Source of the DNA: Macrostomum lignano
Taxonomy: Eukaryota
Assembly: GCA_002269645.1 (NCBI GenBank)
Contig: NIVC01000475.1
Location: 310,001-374,000, forward strand
Reading direction: 5' to 3'
Length of the DNA: 64,000 nt
Part shown: piece by piece, positions 12,346-22,196 of the stretch
Layout of the letters: every line of letters begins with the position of its first letter
Numbering within the stretch: position 1 is the stretch's first letter
The notes under the pieces: generated by a model
Databases searched by the model: none
Told to the model about the DNA's origin: nothing
What the model saw: only the letters and a program-made list of their open reading frames with translations
Translations under genes and position numbers: made by a program

Positions 12346-15300
12346 GTGGCGCTTCAGACGTTGTCACCGACGGAGTCAGAAGCTGTGGCGCCGCCCCACC
12401 TGACTGAGCCGATCCTGCCGCTTGCTCAGGTGAGATTGTCGCCGGCACCAGGTGGTCGGCATGCCGCCGCACGATGCGCTCGTCGGGCAGGCGGCACTCG
12501 TAGGACAGCGGCCCGGTCTGGCGGCTCACGGAGGCCGGCGCCCACTTCTCCGGACCGTTGAAGTCGCGCACCAGGACACCGTCGCCTTTTTCGAAGTTGC
12601 GATCCCTGGCTCGCAGGTCGTGGTACTCCTTTTGCGAGTCCTGGCTGCGCCTGACTGTAGCCGAGACATCGGGCCGCACAATGTCTAGAAGCGTCCGCAG
12701 CTGCCTGCCCATCATCAGGTCAGCAGGAACCGAGCTAGCCGAAACTGCAGGGACGCCGGCCGCCCCTTCGCCAGGGCCGCCTTCACCGTCTGGACCGCTC
12801 GCTCGGCCAATCCGTTGGACGATGGATGATATGGAGCCACTTTGATGTGCCGGATGCCGTTACTGGCCAAGAAGTTGTTCATCTCTTGGCTCACGAAATT
12901 CAGACCGTTGTCGCTCACTACGACCTCAGGCAATCCCAGCTGACTGAAAGTCCTTCTTAGCCGATCGATGGTGGTAGCACTGGTGGCGGACTCGCAAATG
13001 TGGACTTCAATCCATTTCGAATGAGCGTCCACCAGTACTAACAGCATTTTTCCCTCGACTGGTCCAGCGTAGTCCATGTGGATCCGGGACCACGGCTTGT
13101 CCGGCCACGGCCACGGCTGCAGGAGGGCTGGCGGCGGGCAGTTCTGATGACGCTGGCACTCGCCGCAGTTCTGCGACAGCTGCTCGATGTCCCGGTCCAA
13201 TCCCGGCCACCAGAAATATCCTCGGGCCAGAGACTTCATCCTAGAAGCTCCTTGGTGGCTCTGATGTAGACAATCGAGCAGTGCTTGTCGACCCTGAACC
13301 GGCACAATCACACGGTTGCCCCACAGCAGGCAGCCGTCCTCCAAGCTCAGCTCTGCCGCCCTAACTGCGTACGGCTGCAGTTCCGCATCCAGCCGAAGAC
13401 GCTCCGGCCATCCACCTTGCACGAGCCGCAGCACTCGACTGAGCAGCGGGTCCCTTCTTGTCCAGCCGCGAACCTGAGCAGCCGTCACGGGTCCCTCATT
13501 GAACGCATCGATGAGCAGCACTACCTCAGCTGGTGACGGCGTCTCCACCGACTTCGTCGGCAGCGGCAGCCGACTCAGAGCGTCAGCCCGCAGTAGCGAA
13601 GTTCCCTTGCGATACTGCAGTCGATACGAGTAGTTCGAAAGCAGCAGAGCCCAACGCTGGATCCTAGCTGAAGCCAGTGGTGGAATGGCCTTGCTCTCGT
13701 GTAGCAGGCCCAGTAGCGGCTTGTGGTCGCTCTTGAGCTCAAAGGTTTTGCCATAGAGGTAGGCGTGGAAGTGCTTGATCCCAAAAATGATCGCCAGGGC
13801 TTCCTTCTCTGTCTGCGAATAGTTCCTCTCGGCGTCGGCGAGCGATCGGGACGCGAAGGCAATCGGCCTTTCAAGGCCATCAATCCGGTGGCAGATGACG
13901 GCCCCGACCCCGTATGGCGAACTATCTCACTCCAGAATCACCTCCTTTTTGACGTCGAAATGGACAAGCGCCTGCGAGCTCAATAGCAGCTCCTTGCTGC
14001 GCCGGAAAGCATCGGACTGCGCTTCGCCCCATCGCCAGACAGTTCCTTTCTCGAGAAGCCGGTGCAGAGGAGCCAGAACGCTGGACAGGTTCGGCAGAAA
14101 CCGGCCGTAATAGTTGAGGAGGCCCAAGAAACTGCGCAACTGCGTGATGTCCTTTGGCATCGGCGCGTCAACGATCGCGTTGACTTTGTCACTTATCGGA
14201 TGTAGGCCCTGGGCGTCAATCCGATGCCCCAAATAGGTCACCGAATTCTCCATGAAGCGGCATTTGTCAAGCCGGCACTTCAGCCCGGCATCCTTCAGGC
14301 GCTGCAGGACGGTCTCCAGATTCTCGAGGTGCTCAGCGTCATCGGCGCCGGTCACCAACACGTCATCAATAAAGGTTGCCGTATGCTGTGCACCATGCAG
14401 CAGGCCGTCCATGGTTCTCTGGAAGATTCCAACTGCTGGGGAGATTCCAAACGGTAGCCTTGTATACCTCAGCAAACCCTTCGAGGTGTTGATGGTGCAC
14501 AGGCGCTGAGACTCTTCGTCGAGCGGAAGCTGCATGTATGCCTGGCTGAGGTCCAGCTTGGTGAACTTTTGGCCGCCGGTGAGCTTGGCGAACAACTCCT
14601 CAATCCTTGGCAGCGGGTAGCAATCCATATCCACGTCCTGGTTTACCGTGCACTTGAAATCTGCGCAGACTCTGACGGAGCCGTCCGACTTCAGCACCGG
14701 CACGATTGGGGACGCATACTCCGAATCGGAGACCGGCCGCAGAATGCCCTGCTGGATCTTCCGCTCGAGCTGCTCTTCCACTTTGGACTTCAAAGCGAAA
14801 GGTACCTGCCGCGCCTTTATGAACTTGGGTCGCGCCCACTCGCAGTTTCAGAGGTTCACCCGTGTAGCAGCCGAGGCCACTCGAGAAAACGGGGCTGAAC
14901 CTCTCTAGCAACTTCTGCACTTGCTGATCCTTTGGAGCCGACGCTTCGGGCAGCTGCTTGACGCTCCCCCAATTCAACGGCAGCACAGCCAGCCAGTTCC
15001 TACCGATGAGGCTGGAACCGGATCCAGATACCACTAGAAGAGGAAGAAGCTGCTTGGCTTTACCTGGAATCTCTGCAGACACGCTGATCTGACCGAGTAC
15101 GCTGACCGGCTGTCCGCAGTAGTTCCGCAGTCGAATCGGGGTCCGCTCGAGCTCAGGAGCCCCGCCCAACAGGTCGTGATAGGCTCTAGCCGATATCAGC
15201 GATACCGCCGCGCCCGTGTCGATCTCCATCTGGCAGGACACTCCGTTAAGCAGGACCGTGGTGATGTACGGCGGTACCTTGGCAGCTGCACTGGGCAAGG

Positions 15301-18300
15301 TGTTCAGGGAGCCGCAGTCTTGGCTTTCCTCCTCCACAGCGGCGACTTGCGACCGCGACTCAGCTCCAGCCGAATCCGCGCCTCCTCGACAGGCTGCAGC
15401 GGTGTGCCCCATCTTGCCGCACTTGAAACAGGCCTTCTTCATGAATGGGCACTTCGCCGCCAGGTGTTTCGCTGACAGACACCTGTAGCACCTTTTCGCA
15501 GGTCGCTGAGTCGCTACCGCATTGGTCTGGCCGACTTGGTCTACCGATGCTGCCGAGGCGGCTTGCGGGGTTCCTGAGGACGAGCCCTTGACCAAGTTGC
15601 AGCCCTTGGTTGCCAGCTCCACCGCCTGGGAGATCGCCAGTGCTCTGTCCAGGTCCAACTCTGTCTCGGACAGGAGTCTGCGCTGTATGCGATCATCCTG
15701 GATGCCAAGCACCAGACGATCTCTCAGCATGGTGCTCGAGCTGTTACCGAAGTTGCAGTGGACAGCCAAACGCCGCAGTGCCGCCAGGAAGTCGGCCACG
15801 GACTCCGAGCTCTCTCGAACGCGCTGGTAGAAGTGGAACCTTTGCACGATCTCTGACGGCTTTGGGTCCCAGTAATCGTCAAGCTTTTTGCAGATGTTAG
15901 CGAAGGAAGCCTCTGAAGGCTTAACTGGGGCCAGAAGACCGGTGACAAGCCTATAGGTGTCCTTGCCGCACACGCTGAGGAATACCGCTCGCTTCTTCTC
16001 TTCGCTTTCGATTTCGTTTGCAATGAACACTTGTTCAATGCGCTCCTTGTATTGCGACCAGTCCTCCGTCTCAGGCTCAAACGGCCCTATGCTACACAGT
16101 GGCCCAGTGGCCATCCTCGTCGCCAGTGAAATAAAGTCAAGAAAAAACTTTATTTTGGCTCAAAAGCACGAAAAACTTTACCGGCTAAAAAGCCTGCTTT
16201 ATAGCTCGTATTAAACTATTTGTTATTGATCGGCATACCCACCGCACCCCCCAACCCGCGCTAGCAAGTACATGCAGAGAGAGAGAGAGAGCAACACAAC
16301 TCAACCTAGCCCCTCCCCAGCGCGCACGCAGGCCAAGCTATCACAGAAAGTCTGGACCGCTGTAAACCCTGTGTGAGCCTCTGCTTGCTTTTAAGGCAAC
16401 CCAGCCCGCATCCCGCAGGAGAAGCAGGAGGCCCAGGAGCTGATGAGGCTGGCCAATCGAGCACCGCCCGCCGAATTTCTCCGCCTCGCCACTCGCGTCA
16501 ACTGCGACTGGCCGCACCTGCAGTGGTTTCACACCTGCCTGAGCTGCCTGGCTCGCCGCAGCGCCGAGTCGTCCGCCTGCCTCGACTCGCTGCGCCAGCT
16601 GGTCGATGAGCTCCGCGCGGATGCCACCTCCAGCAACACGGCGGGTTGGACGGCGCTGCACGCGGCTGCCGGCGCCGGGGCCACCGAGGCGGTCCGGCTG
16701 CTGGTCGATGCCGGAGCCTGGGTGAACTGTCCCGACGGCGACGGCGGCACCGCTTTGATGGAGGCCGCAGCTGCTGGCAAAGTGGAGACTGCTCAAGTGC
16801 TGCTCGAGTTGGGCGCCAATTGGCAGCTGAAAAATGCAAAGGGCGAGACGGCGGAGAGCATCGCTGCCAAGGGAGGGAATGCTGAGCTGATGAAGCTGAT
16901 GCAGAGGTGATGCTGGGTTTGAGGTGGAGTTGAGGTGGAGCTGAGGTAGATTAGAGGTAGATTAGAGGTAGATTAAAGGTAGATTAGAGATAGATTAGAG
17001 GTAGATTAGAGGTAGATTAAAGGTAGATTAAAGGTAGATTAAAGGTAGATTAAAGGTAGATTAGAGGTAGATTAGAGGTAGATTAGAGTTAGAGTTAAGG
17101 CGGAGTTGAGGTGGAGTTGAGGTGGAGTTAAAGTGGAGTTGTGGTAGATTAACTATTGTTTGTATGATTTTTACAAGCAGTTCTGTATGCTTTTAATATT
17201 CATTGATAGTATTTTTCTCATTGCAGCTTCCAAGGCAAAGACTTCTTCAGTACTGATGTTGAGCCCAGGTGAATTGACACAAATTTCGACGATCATATCT
17301 ACGACGCTTTTGCACAGGTTATCTCTATTCTAAAAAGGAAACATTAAAAAAACAATTTCAGCCAATCAGCTCAGCTTGAGTCGGACGATATCGCCTCTGG
17401 GGAGGAGGATGGCGAGTAAGTTTTGCATCCTAATAAAAAGTTTGTTTGTGGACAGTCAATGGTAAAAGGCCAAAAAGATCGAAAGTTGTCAGTGTCTGTT
17501 ATTAAGAGTAAGTTAAAGCGCGGAATGGGTTTTTGCCATAGACAAAATCGGTCGAGATTATACACAGTAAACAGACGGTAACGGCTGAAGAAGGTGAAAT
17601 ATTTATCAATTAGTGTAAGTGCCCTTCTGCTTTGGTTGTCCATGCAAAAAATGTGATAGAAACCTCCAAGATTACTTCCTAAGATAGATTTGGAAAACTG
17701 ATTATTTTCAATCGTTTGTTTTTCTTCATTCAAGTTTCAATCGGGAAGTCACTGCCGATTCTTTCAATCAAGGCGAGCCTCATGTAAACACTGGTTTGCC
17801 CTCGAGCCGCAGTTCACGGCTTCGGTGAGTGATCGGAGTCAACAGACTCCTGAGACAGGAATGATGAAGAGAACTTGATTTTGAATAAGCCTTTTTCTGG
17901 AAAGGCATTGCCAGATCTGACCAGCAGACTCACTCCGATGAGGACAAACCCTCAAGGATCAGAGAGATGATAAAGTCAGGACTCAGTGCTCAGGGGTCAG
18001 TGGAATGGGCAAGACTGGAATGCTGTAGACATAAGTGAAACTCGATTCGCCATCAGTTCAATGGCGAACTCACCTGCCATGCAGGTACCGAGCAGCCGAC
18101 TTCTACCCAGTGACGGATCCGCAGGGCATCTGTTTGGTCATCAACATCAACAAATATTCGCCAAGCTCGAAATTCGAATGCCGCGACGGGTCGGAGCTGG
18201 ACGTGCAGCGAATTCGACAACTCTTCGAGAGGCTGCGCTTCCGCGTGCTGGTGCGACAGGACCTGAGCGTCAACGGGGTGCTCAACTGCCTGCACGAGGT

Positions 18301-19296
18301 GGCCAACAACCAGGCTGAGCTGCAAAACCACGGCTGCTTCGTCTGCTTCCTGATGGCTCACGGCACTGCGGACTCCATCTACGGCTGCGACGGGAGACCG
18401 CTGGAGATCAAGTGAGGGAGCTCTAGAGATCAAGTGGTTGTTGACTAATTTCCTGGCCGCTGGGTTGATTTATGATTGATTGATTGACTGATTACTGATT
18501 CTGTGGGTGATGGGGGGCTGATCCACTGATGATTAGTTTATGAATGGGGTTCTTAGGCCACTAGCGCTGTAAGACTGCTGGTTGTTGGCTGTTAGTTGGT
18601 GGTTAACGGTGGCTGTTCCTTAATGTTTAGTGGCTGTTAGTTGGTGGTTAACGGTGGCTGTTCGTTAATGCTTGGTGGCGGATAATTAGTGGTTAATGGT
18701 AAATGGATAATGACCGATGATTAGTATTTAATAATAGATTATTGATAGGTTGATTTTAAGATAATTTTATCATCGGATTTACCCATCGATGACCCCGAAT
18801 CTTCGTGCCCAGATACCTCGCCGCCCGATTCCAAGCGAACATCTGCAGCGGGCTGGAGCACAAGCCGAAGATCTTCTTTGTCCAGGCCTGCAGAGGTGGC
18901 CGCACCGAAGCCACGGGTGGCGCCGGCGCCGGCTCGCAGCTGCTCCGCCAGGTGCAGCCGGTGAGCACGGACTCAACTAGCGGGCCTGCGCCAGTGAAAG
19001 ACCCGCTGTTCTGCCCGACCGAGAGCGACTTTCTGTTCTGCTACGCCAACACCGAGACCGGCGCGGCCTACCGGGAGCCTCACCGCGGCTCCATCTTCAT
19101 CCAGACTCTGTGCACCGTGCTGGAGCGCGAGTACCAACGAGAGCACCTGGTGGACATCATGACCCAGGTGAATCGGCGGGTCAAGGAGAATCCGGTGCGG
19201 TGCCCCGGCCGGCAACTGTTCTACCACTCGGTGCCGGAGATGCGCTCCCAGCTGTCCAAGAAGGTGTCGCTGGATCCGAGCTGGGCTGCCAAGTAA
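10808..19296 (+). CDS. Predicted 9-exon ankyrin-repeat caspase, 704 aa
   Basis: Exons 10808-11331, 11669-11693, 16419-16906, 17227-17268, 17362-17415, 17735-17824, 17915-17995, 18085-18411, 18813-19296. All introns are GT-AG, phases are compatible, total 2115 nt with no internal stop. Joining of the ankyrin and caspase halves is inferred. Confidence 0.6.
11340..11575. repeat. Intronic minisatellite, 18-bp GAGTCTGTGTGAATGGGG
   Basis: Tandem copies starting just after the splice donor. Confidence 0.88.
11934..12145 (-). repeat. 3' LTR (212 bp)
   Basis: Matches 16127-16345 except 2 adjacent substitutions and a 7-bp indel; short PPT GGAGGGA abuts it at 12146-12152. Confidence 0.95.
12242..13929 (-). 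pseudogene. pol RNase H and integrase region with lesions
   Basis: After a nonsense codon at 13927-13929 the frame continues DSSPYGVGAV...DHKPL (RNase H) into HQSHQG...CGEC, MDYAGP, SDNG, GLAERAVQ (integrase). A deletion near 12718 removes the conserved YRxTPH segment and shifts the C-terminal tail. Confidence 0.9.
13927..14793 (-). CDS. pol: Reverse transcriptase domain of the Gypsy element
   Basis: DLSQAY, LPFG, FIDDVLV, YLGH, LRSFLG motifs. Confidence 0.95.
   Translation of the reverse strand: MKSKVEEQLERKIQQGILRPVSDSEYASPIVPVLKSDGSVRVCADFKCTVNQDVDMDCYPLPRIEELFAKLTGGQKFTKLDLSQAYMQLPLDEESQRLCTINTSKGLLRYTRLPFGISPAVGIFQRTMDGLLHGAQHTATFIDDVLVTGADDAEHLENLETVLQRLKDAGLKCRLDKCRFMENSVTYLGHRIDAQGLHPISDKVNAIVDAPMPKDITQLRSFLGLLNYYGRFLPNLSSVLAPLHRLLEKGTVWRWGEAQSDAFRRSKELLLSSQALVHFDVKKEVILE
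14600..16114 (-). CDS. gag: gag-protease ORF of the Gypsy element; frameshifted relative to RT near 14840
   Basis: CYRCLSAKHLAAKC and CFKCGKMGHTAAAC knuckles; MEIDTGAAVSLI aspartic protease. Confidence 0.93.
   Translation of the reverse strand: MATGPLCSIGPFEPETEDWSQYKERIEQVFIANEIESEEKKRAVFLSVCGKDTYRLVTGLLAPVKPSEASFANICKKLDDYWDPKPSEIVQRFHFYQRVRESSESVADFLAALRRLAVHCNFGNSSSTMLRDRLVLGIQDDRIQRRLLSETELDLDRALAISQAVELATKGCNLVKGSSSGTPQAASAASVDQVGQTNAVATQRPAKRCYRCLSAKHLAAKCPFMKKACFKCGKMGHTAAACRGGADSAGAESRSQVAAVEEESQDCGSLNTLPSAAAKVPPYITTVLLNGVSCQMEIDTGAAVSLISARAYHDLLGGAPELERTPIRLRNYCGQPVSVLGQISVSAEIPGKAKQLLPLLVVSGSGSSLIGRNWLAVLPLNWGSVKQLPEASAPKDQQVQKLLERFSPVFSSGLGCYTGEPLKLRVGATQVHKGAAGTFRFEVQSGRAARAEDPAGHSAAGLRFGVCVPNRAGAEVGRLRQSLRRFQVHGKPGRGYGLLPAAKD
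16111..16125 (-). promoter_or_regulatory. Primer-binding site complementary to tRNA-Ser(GCU) 3' end
   Basis: Minus strand TGGCGACGAGGATGG one base after the 5' LTR. It matches the eukaryotic tRNA-Ser(GCU) end CCATCCTCGTCG-CCA, recalled from the known sequence. Confidence 0.8.
16127..16345 (-). repeat. 5' LTR (219 bp)
   Basis: Direct repeat of 11934-12145; contains a (GA)n run. Confidence 0.95.
16419..16906 (+). CDS. Ankyrin-repeat exon (about 3 repeats)
   Basis: GWTALHAAA, GGTALMEAA, GETAESIAA; acceptor CCCGCAG and donor GTGATG. Confidence 0.88.
16920..17150. repeat. Intronic minisatellite, 11-bp GAGGTAGATTA
   Basis: Tandem copies flanked by GAGGTGGAGTT variants. Confidence 0.88.
18085..19296 (+). 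CDS. Caspase catalytic domain (peptidase C14A, large and small subunits) on two exons, 18085-18411 and 18813-19296
   Basis: GICLVININ, RDGSELD, FLMAHG (catalytic His), KPKIFFVQACRG (catalytic Cys), ESDFLFCYAN, AYR...GSIFIQTL; AATAAA at about 19379. Confidence 0.93.
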
Positions 19297-19959
19297 TCAG
19301 TTGATAGCAGAGAACCCTGCGCGTCACTGATAACTTGAATTTTTGTATTTTCAATCAGCACAAGTTTCTATGCAGAGAAATAAAACAAAATTTAAAGTAT
19401 TAAAAAAACACACATCTTGTAGGCGCCAAGAATCAACTAATTTGATTGGTTAATGAATAATTTATTTTTAAAATGTCTGTAAACTTATATTTTATCCATT
19501 TAAAATCGTGCGTGAAAAGTGCTAATAAAAATTTGATAATACAGCTAATAAAGAGGCGCTTTCGCTTCAAACAGAATCAAGGGGAAGAATTAAATTAAGA
19601 CTGCATAAGACAGTCCTACAGGCGCTAACTGTTAACTTCTGCGGGTTCAAAGCTCCTTCAGTTTTAGTGAAATACCAACTACAAGAGTTGAGAGTTGAGA
19701 GTTGGGTGCTGAAAGCTAACGAGAACAGTAGATGGGGTCAGGTTTGACATCTGCTTGCCAGCTGGTGCCATCAGCTGCGCGCAAGCCGCACTGCAAGAGC
19801 AAAGCGCTGTTGAAACTGGTGTGCTCAGGCAGTTTCGGCAAGCGTTTGTAAGTTTATAATAAGCTAATTTGTTCAGAAAATAAACAGGCCCCAGTGCGAG
19901 ACAAAAGTCGGAGTCTAGAAAAGTTTCTACAGCTTCTCTGCTCTAGCTTATCCGCCTCA

Positions 19960-22196
19960 TCACTTCTTGGCCTCGAGCTCGTTGAGCTTGTTGACGGTGT
20001 CGATCATGTTCTGCACCAGCTCGTACTCGGGCCGGCCGATGCGGTGGAAGTTGGAGATGTCGCAGGTGTCCACAATCTCCGTGTGCTCGCCGTGGGTGCC
20101 GCGCACCTGGCAGCCGAGGCTGCGCGCCAGCTCGTCCAGCTTCTTCAGCCCCATGGTCTTGAACAGGTGCGGCAGCACAATGTGCACGCTGCCGCGCAGG
20201 CCGGTGCCCAGGTTAGACGGGCAGCAGGTGATCATGCCCAGGTGCTCGGTGCAGAGGAAGGCCTGCGCGTTGCCCGTGATCTTCTTAATGCCATCCTCGA
20301 TGGCCTTCACGCCGCGGCAGAGGCGCTCGAAGACGGCCTTGACGTCGCCGCCCTGCTGCATGCTGATGATGCGAATGTGGTCGCCCTCGTTCAGCCACAG
20401 CAGGAAGGTCTTGTCCTTGTTGTGGAAGATGCCGCGGCCGGCGGGCCAGAAGCTGAAATTCGGGGTGAGGAAAATGAGATTCATTCTCCAGCTCATCCGG
20501 CTCAGCGACGTTTGACAAAACTACTTTAAGTGGCAAAATACGAGTGTAGACTTCAAAAAATTCCAGCTATTAACTATGGATACTTAAATCAAGTAGTTTT
20601 TTAGTTTTCAGTATATCTACGGTAAAACAGATGATTAGATTGAAGCATTTTGCAAATCTCCGAAATTTAAGGCAGATATGCATAAATTCATTCCACCGAT
20701 GAGTTGCGCTCAAGCACACAAATACGTACGAACGTACACAGGCAGACGCACAGACAGTGTACTCGCTCCGTGCATTAGGGGGTTGGCCGGTCCGCCAAGA
20801 CCCAGGCCACTTTTCATACACAAGGCCCAAATTTATGTGACTACTAGCTGCGCACACAGCACAGCCTCTTGGCGCGAGAGTCAGATGTGTCACCGCTTGA
20901 TGAAAGGTTGCCCAAACCAATATTTTCAGTCTGTTCAGATCTTTTATTTAAACTAATTTCAACTGCGTGGTAATGAAACCTAAGCACCTGTTAGCTGGCA
21001 AGCGTTGGTCAAAAACTCTGCAAGTCAGCTTACGCGTGGTAGCCGGAAGCGACCTGGAACCGGTCTCCAGGCTTGAACAGGAAGTGGTCGTCAACCAGCT
21101 GCTGGCGTTGCTCCTTGGTGAGGCTGGCTAGGGAGTAGTAGGTTCCCGCCAGGTCGCCGGTCAGCGTCTCGAATACGCGCTTCATCAGGTCCTCGATGGC
21201 GAGGCGCGACTCCTTGGTGCCGGCCGTGTTCAGCGGGAAGCCGAACAGGTTGCGGGCAACTCGGATTCGCGTCGACTTGATGTTGGACTTCTCGGCAAAG
21301 TCGCCGCGCAGCTTGCCGGCGTCCATGTCGGTCACGTGCTTCCGGTCGGGCCCGTAGCCGCCGTGGTACTTCTCAATGACGGGGTCGAACAGGGCCGCGA
21401 AGTCCGTGTAGCTCTCCAGGTCGCCGGCGTGGCAGCCGACCAGCGAGTCCTCGTTGACGAAGCCGGTGTTGATGGCCTGCGATGGAAAGGTTGCAGACTA
21501 GAGGATTCTGGATCACCGACTCATGAAGCCTGCGTCAAGGGCACCACATCATCATACCTACATGCACCAGGACACCAAGAAACAGGGGTAACCGCCAAGA
21601 CACAGAGGGCCCACCAAAGAAACAGAGGCGCCCACCAAAACACAGAGACACCCATCAAGAGACAGGGGCGCCCAACAAAGAGACAGGGGCGCCCAACAAA
21701 GAGACAGGGGCGCCCAACAAAGAGACAGGGGCGCCCAACAAAGAGACAGGGGCGCCCAACAAAGAGACAGGGGCGCCCAACAAAGAGACAGGGGCGCCCA
21801 ACAAAGAGACAGGGGCGCCCAACAAAGAGACAGGGGCGCCCAACAAAGAGACAGGGGCGCCCAACAAAGAGACAGGGCCACCCATCATAACACAGAGGAG
21901 GATGCACATCATTCAAAGCTTCATACCTTCCTGAGAGTCCACTCGCCAGTCTTGGTTTTGTGATTCTTGAGATCTTTCCAGATCTTCTCGGTCAGGCACT
22001 GGCCCATGATGCTCTTGTTGTTAGGCGAGATCTTGGGGAACTCCTCGCCCAGAAGGCGGGGGTCCATGACAACTGTGTATTCCTCTGCGTTCGGGTGATA
22101 GTTTAAAATTTAGCATTGGAGTAAAACTTCAAAGTTGAATGGGTTAAGGGTACACAAAACAGTTAAGGTATATTAATTATGCTTACCTGCGGCCAT
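19960..22196 (-). CDS. AK: Phosphagen kinase, arginine kinase-like, 367 aa, 4 exons
   Basis: Exons 22196-22187, 22084-21927, 21476-21034, 20452-19960 join in frame (1104 nt). Motifs: [43 protein letters not shown]. Substrate is not determinable from sequence alone. Confidence 0.92.
21650..21885. repeat. Intronic minisatellite, 21-bp AAAGAGACAGGGGCGCCCAAC
   Basis: About 10 near-perfect copies in kinase intron 2. Confidence 0.95.

Larger units (their letters stand above)
11934..16345 (-). mobile_element. Ty3/Gypsy LTR retrotransposon, Mag-like, full length but defective
   Basis: LTRs 16127-16345 and 11934-12145 (TG...CA on minus); TSD GAAAG at 11929-11933 and 16346-16350; gag with two CCHC knuckles, DTG protease, RT (FIDD), RNase H and integrase (HHCC, DDE) in Gypsy order. 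Confidence 0.97.

Noticed and set aside
11333-18415. In-frame TGA right after several ankyrin/caspase exons as programmed truncation or readthrough
   Set aside because: It follows trivially from GTGA donors at phase-2 junctions.
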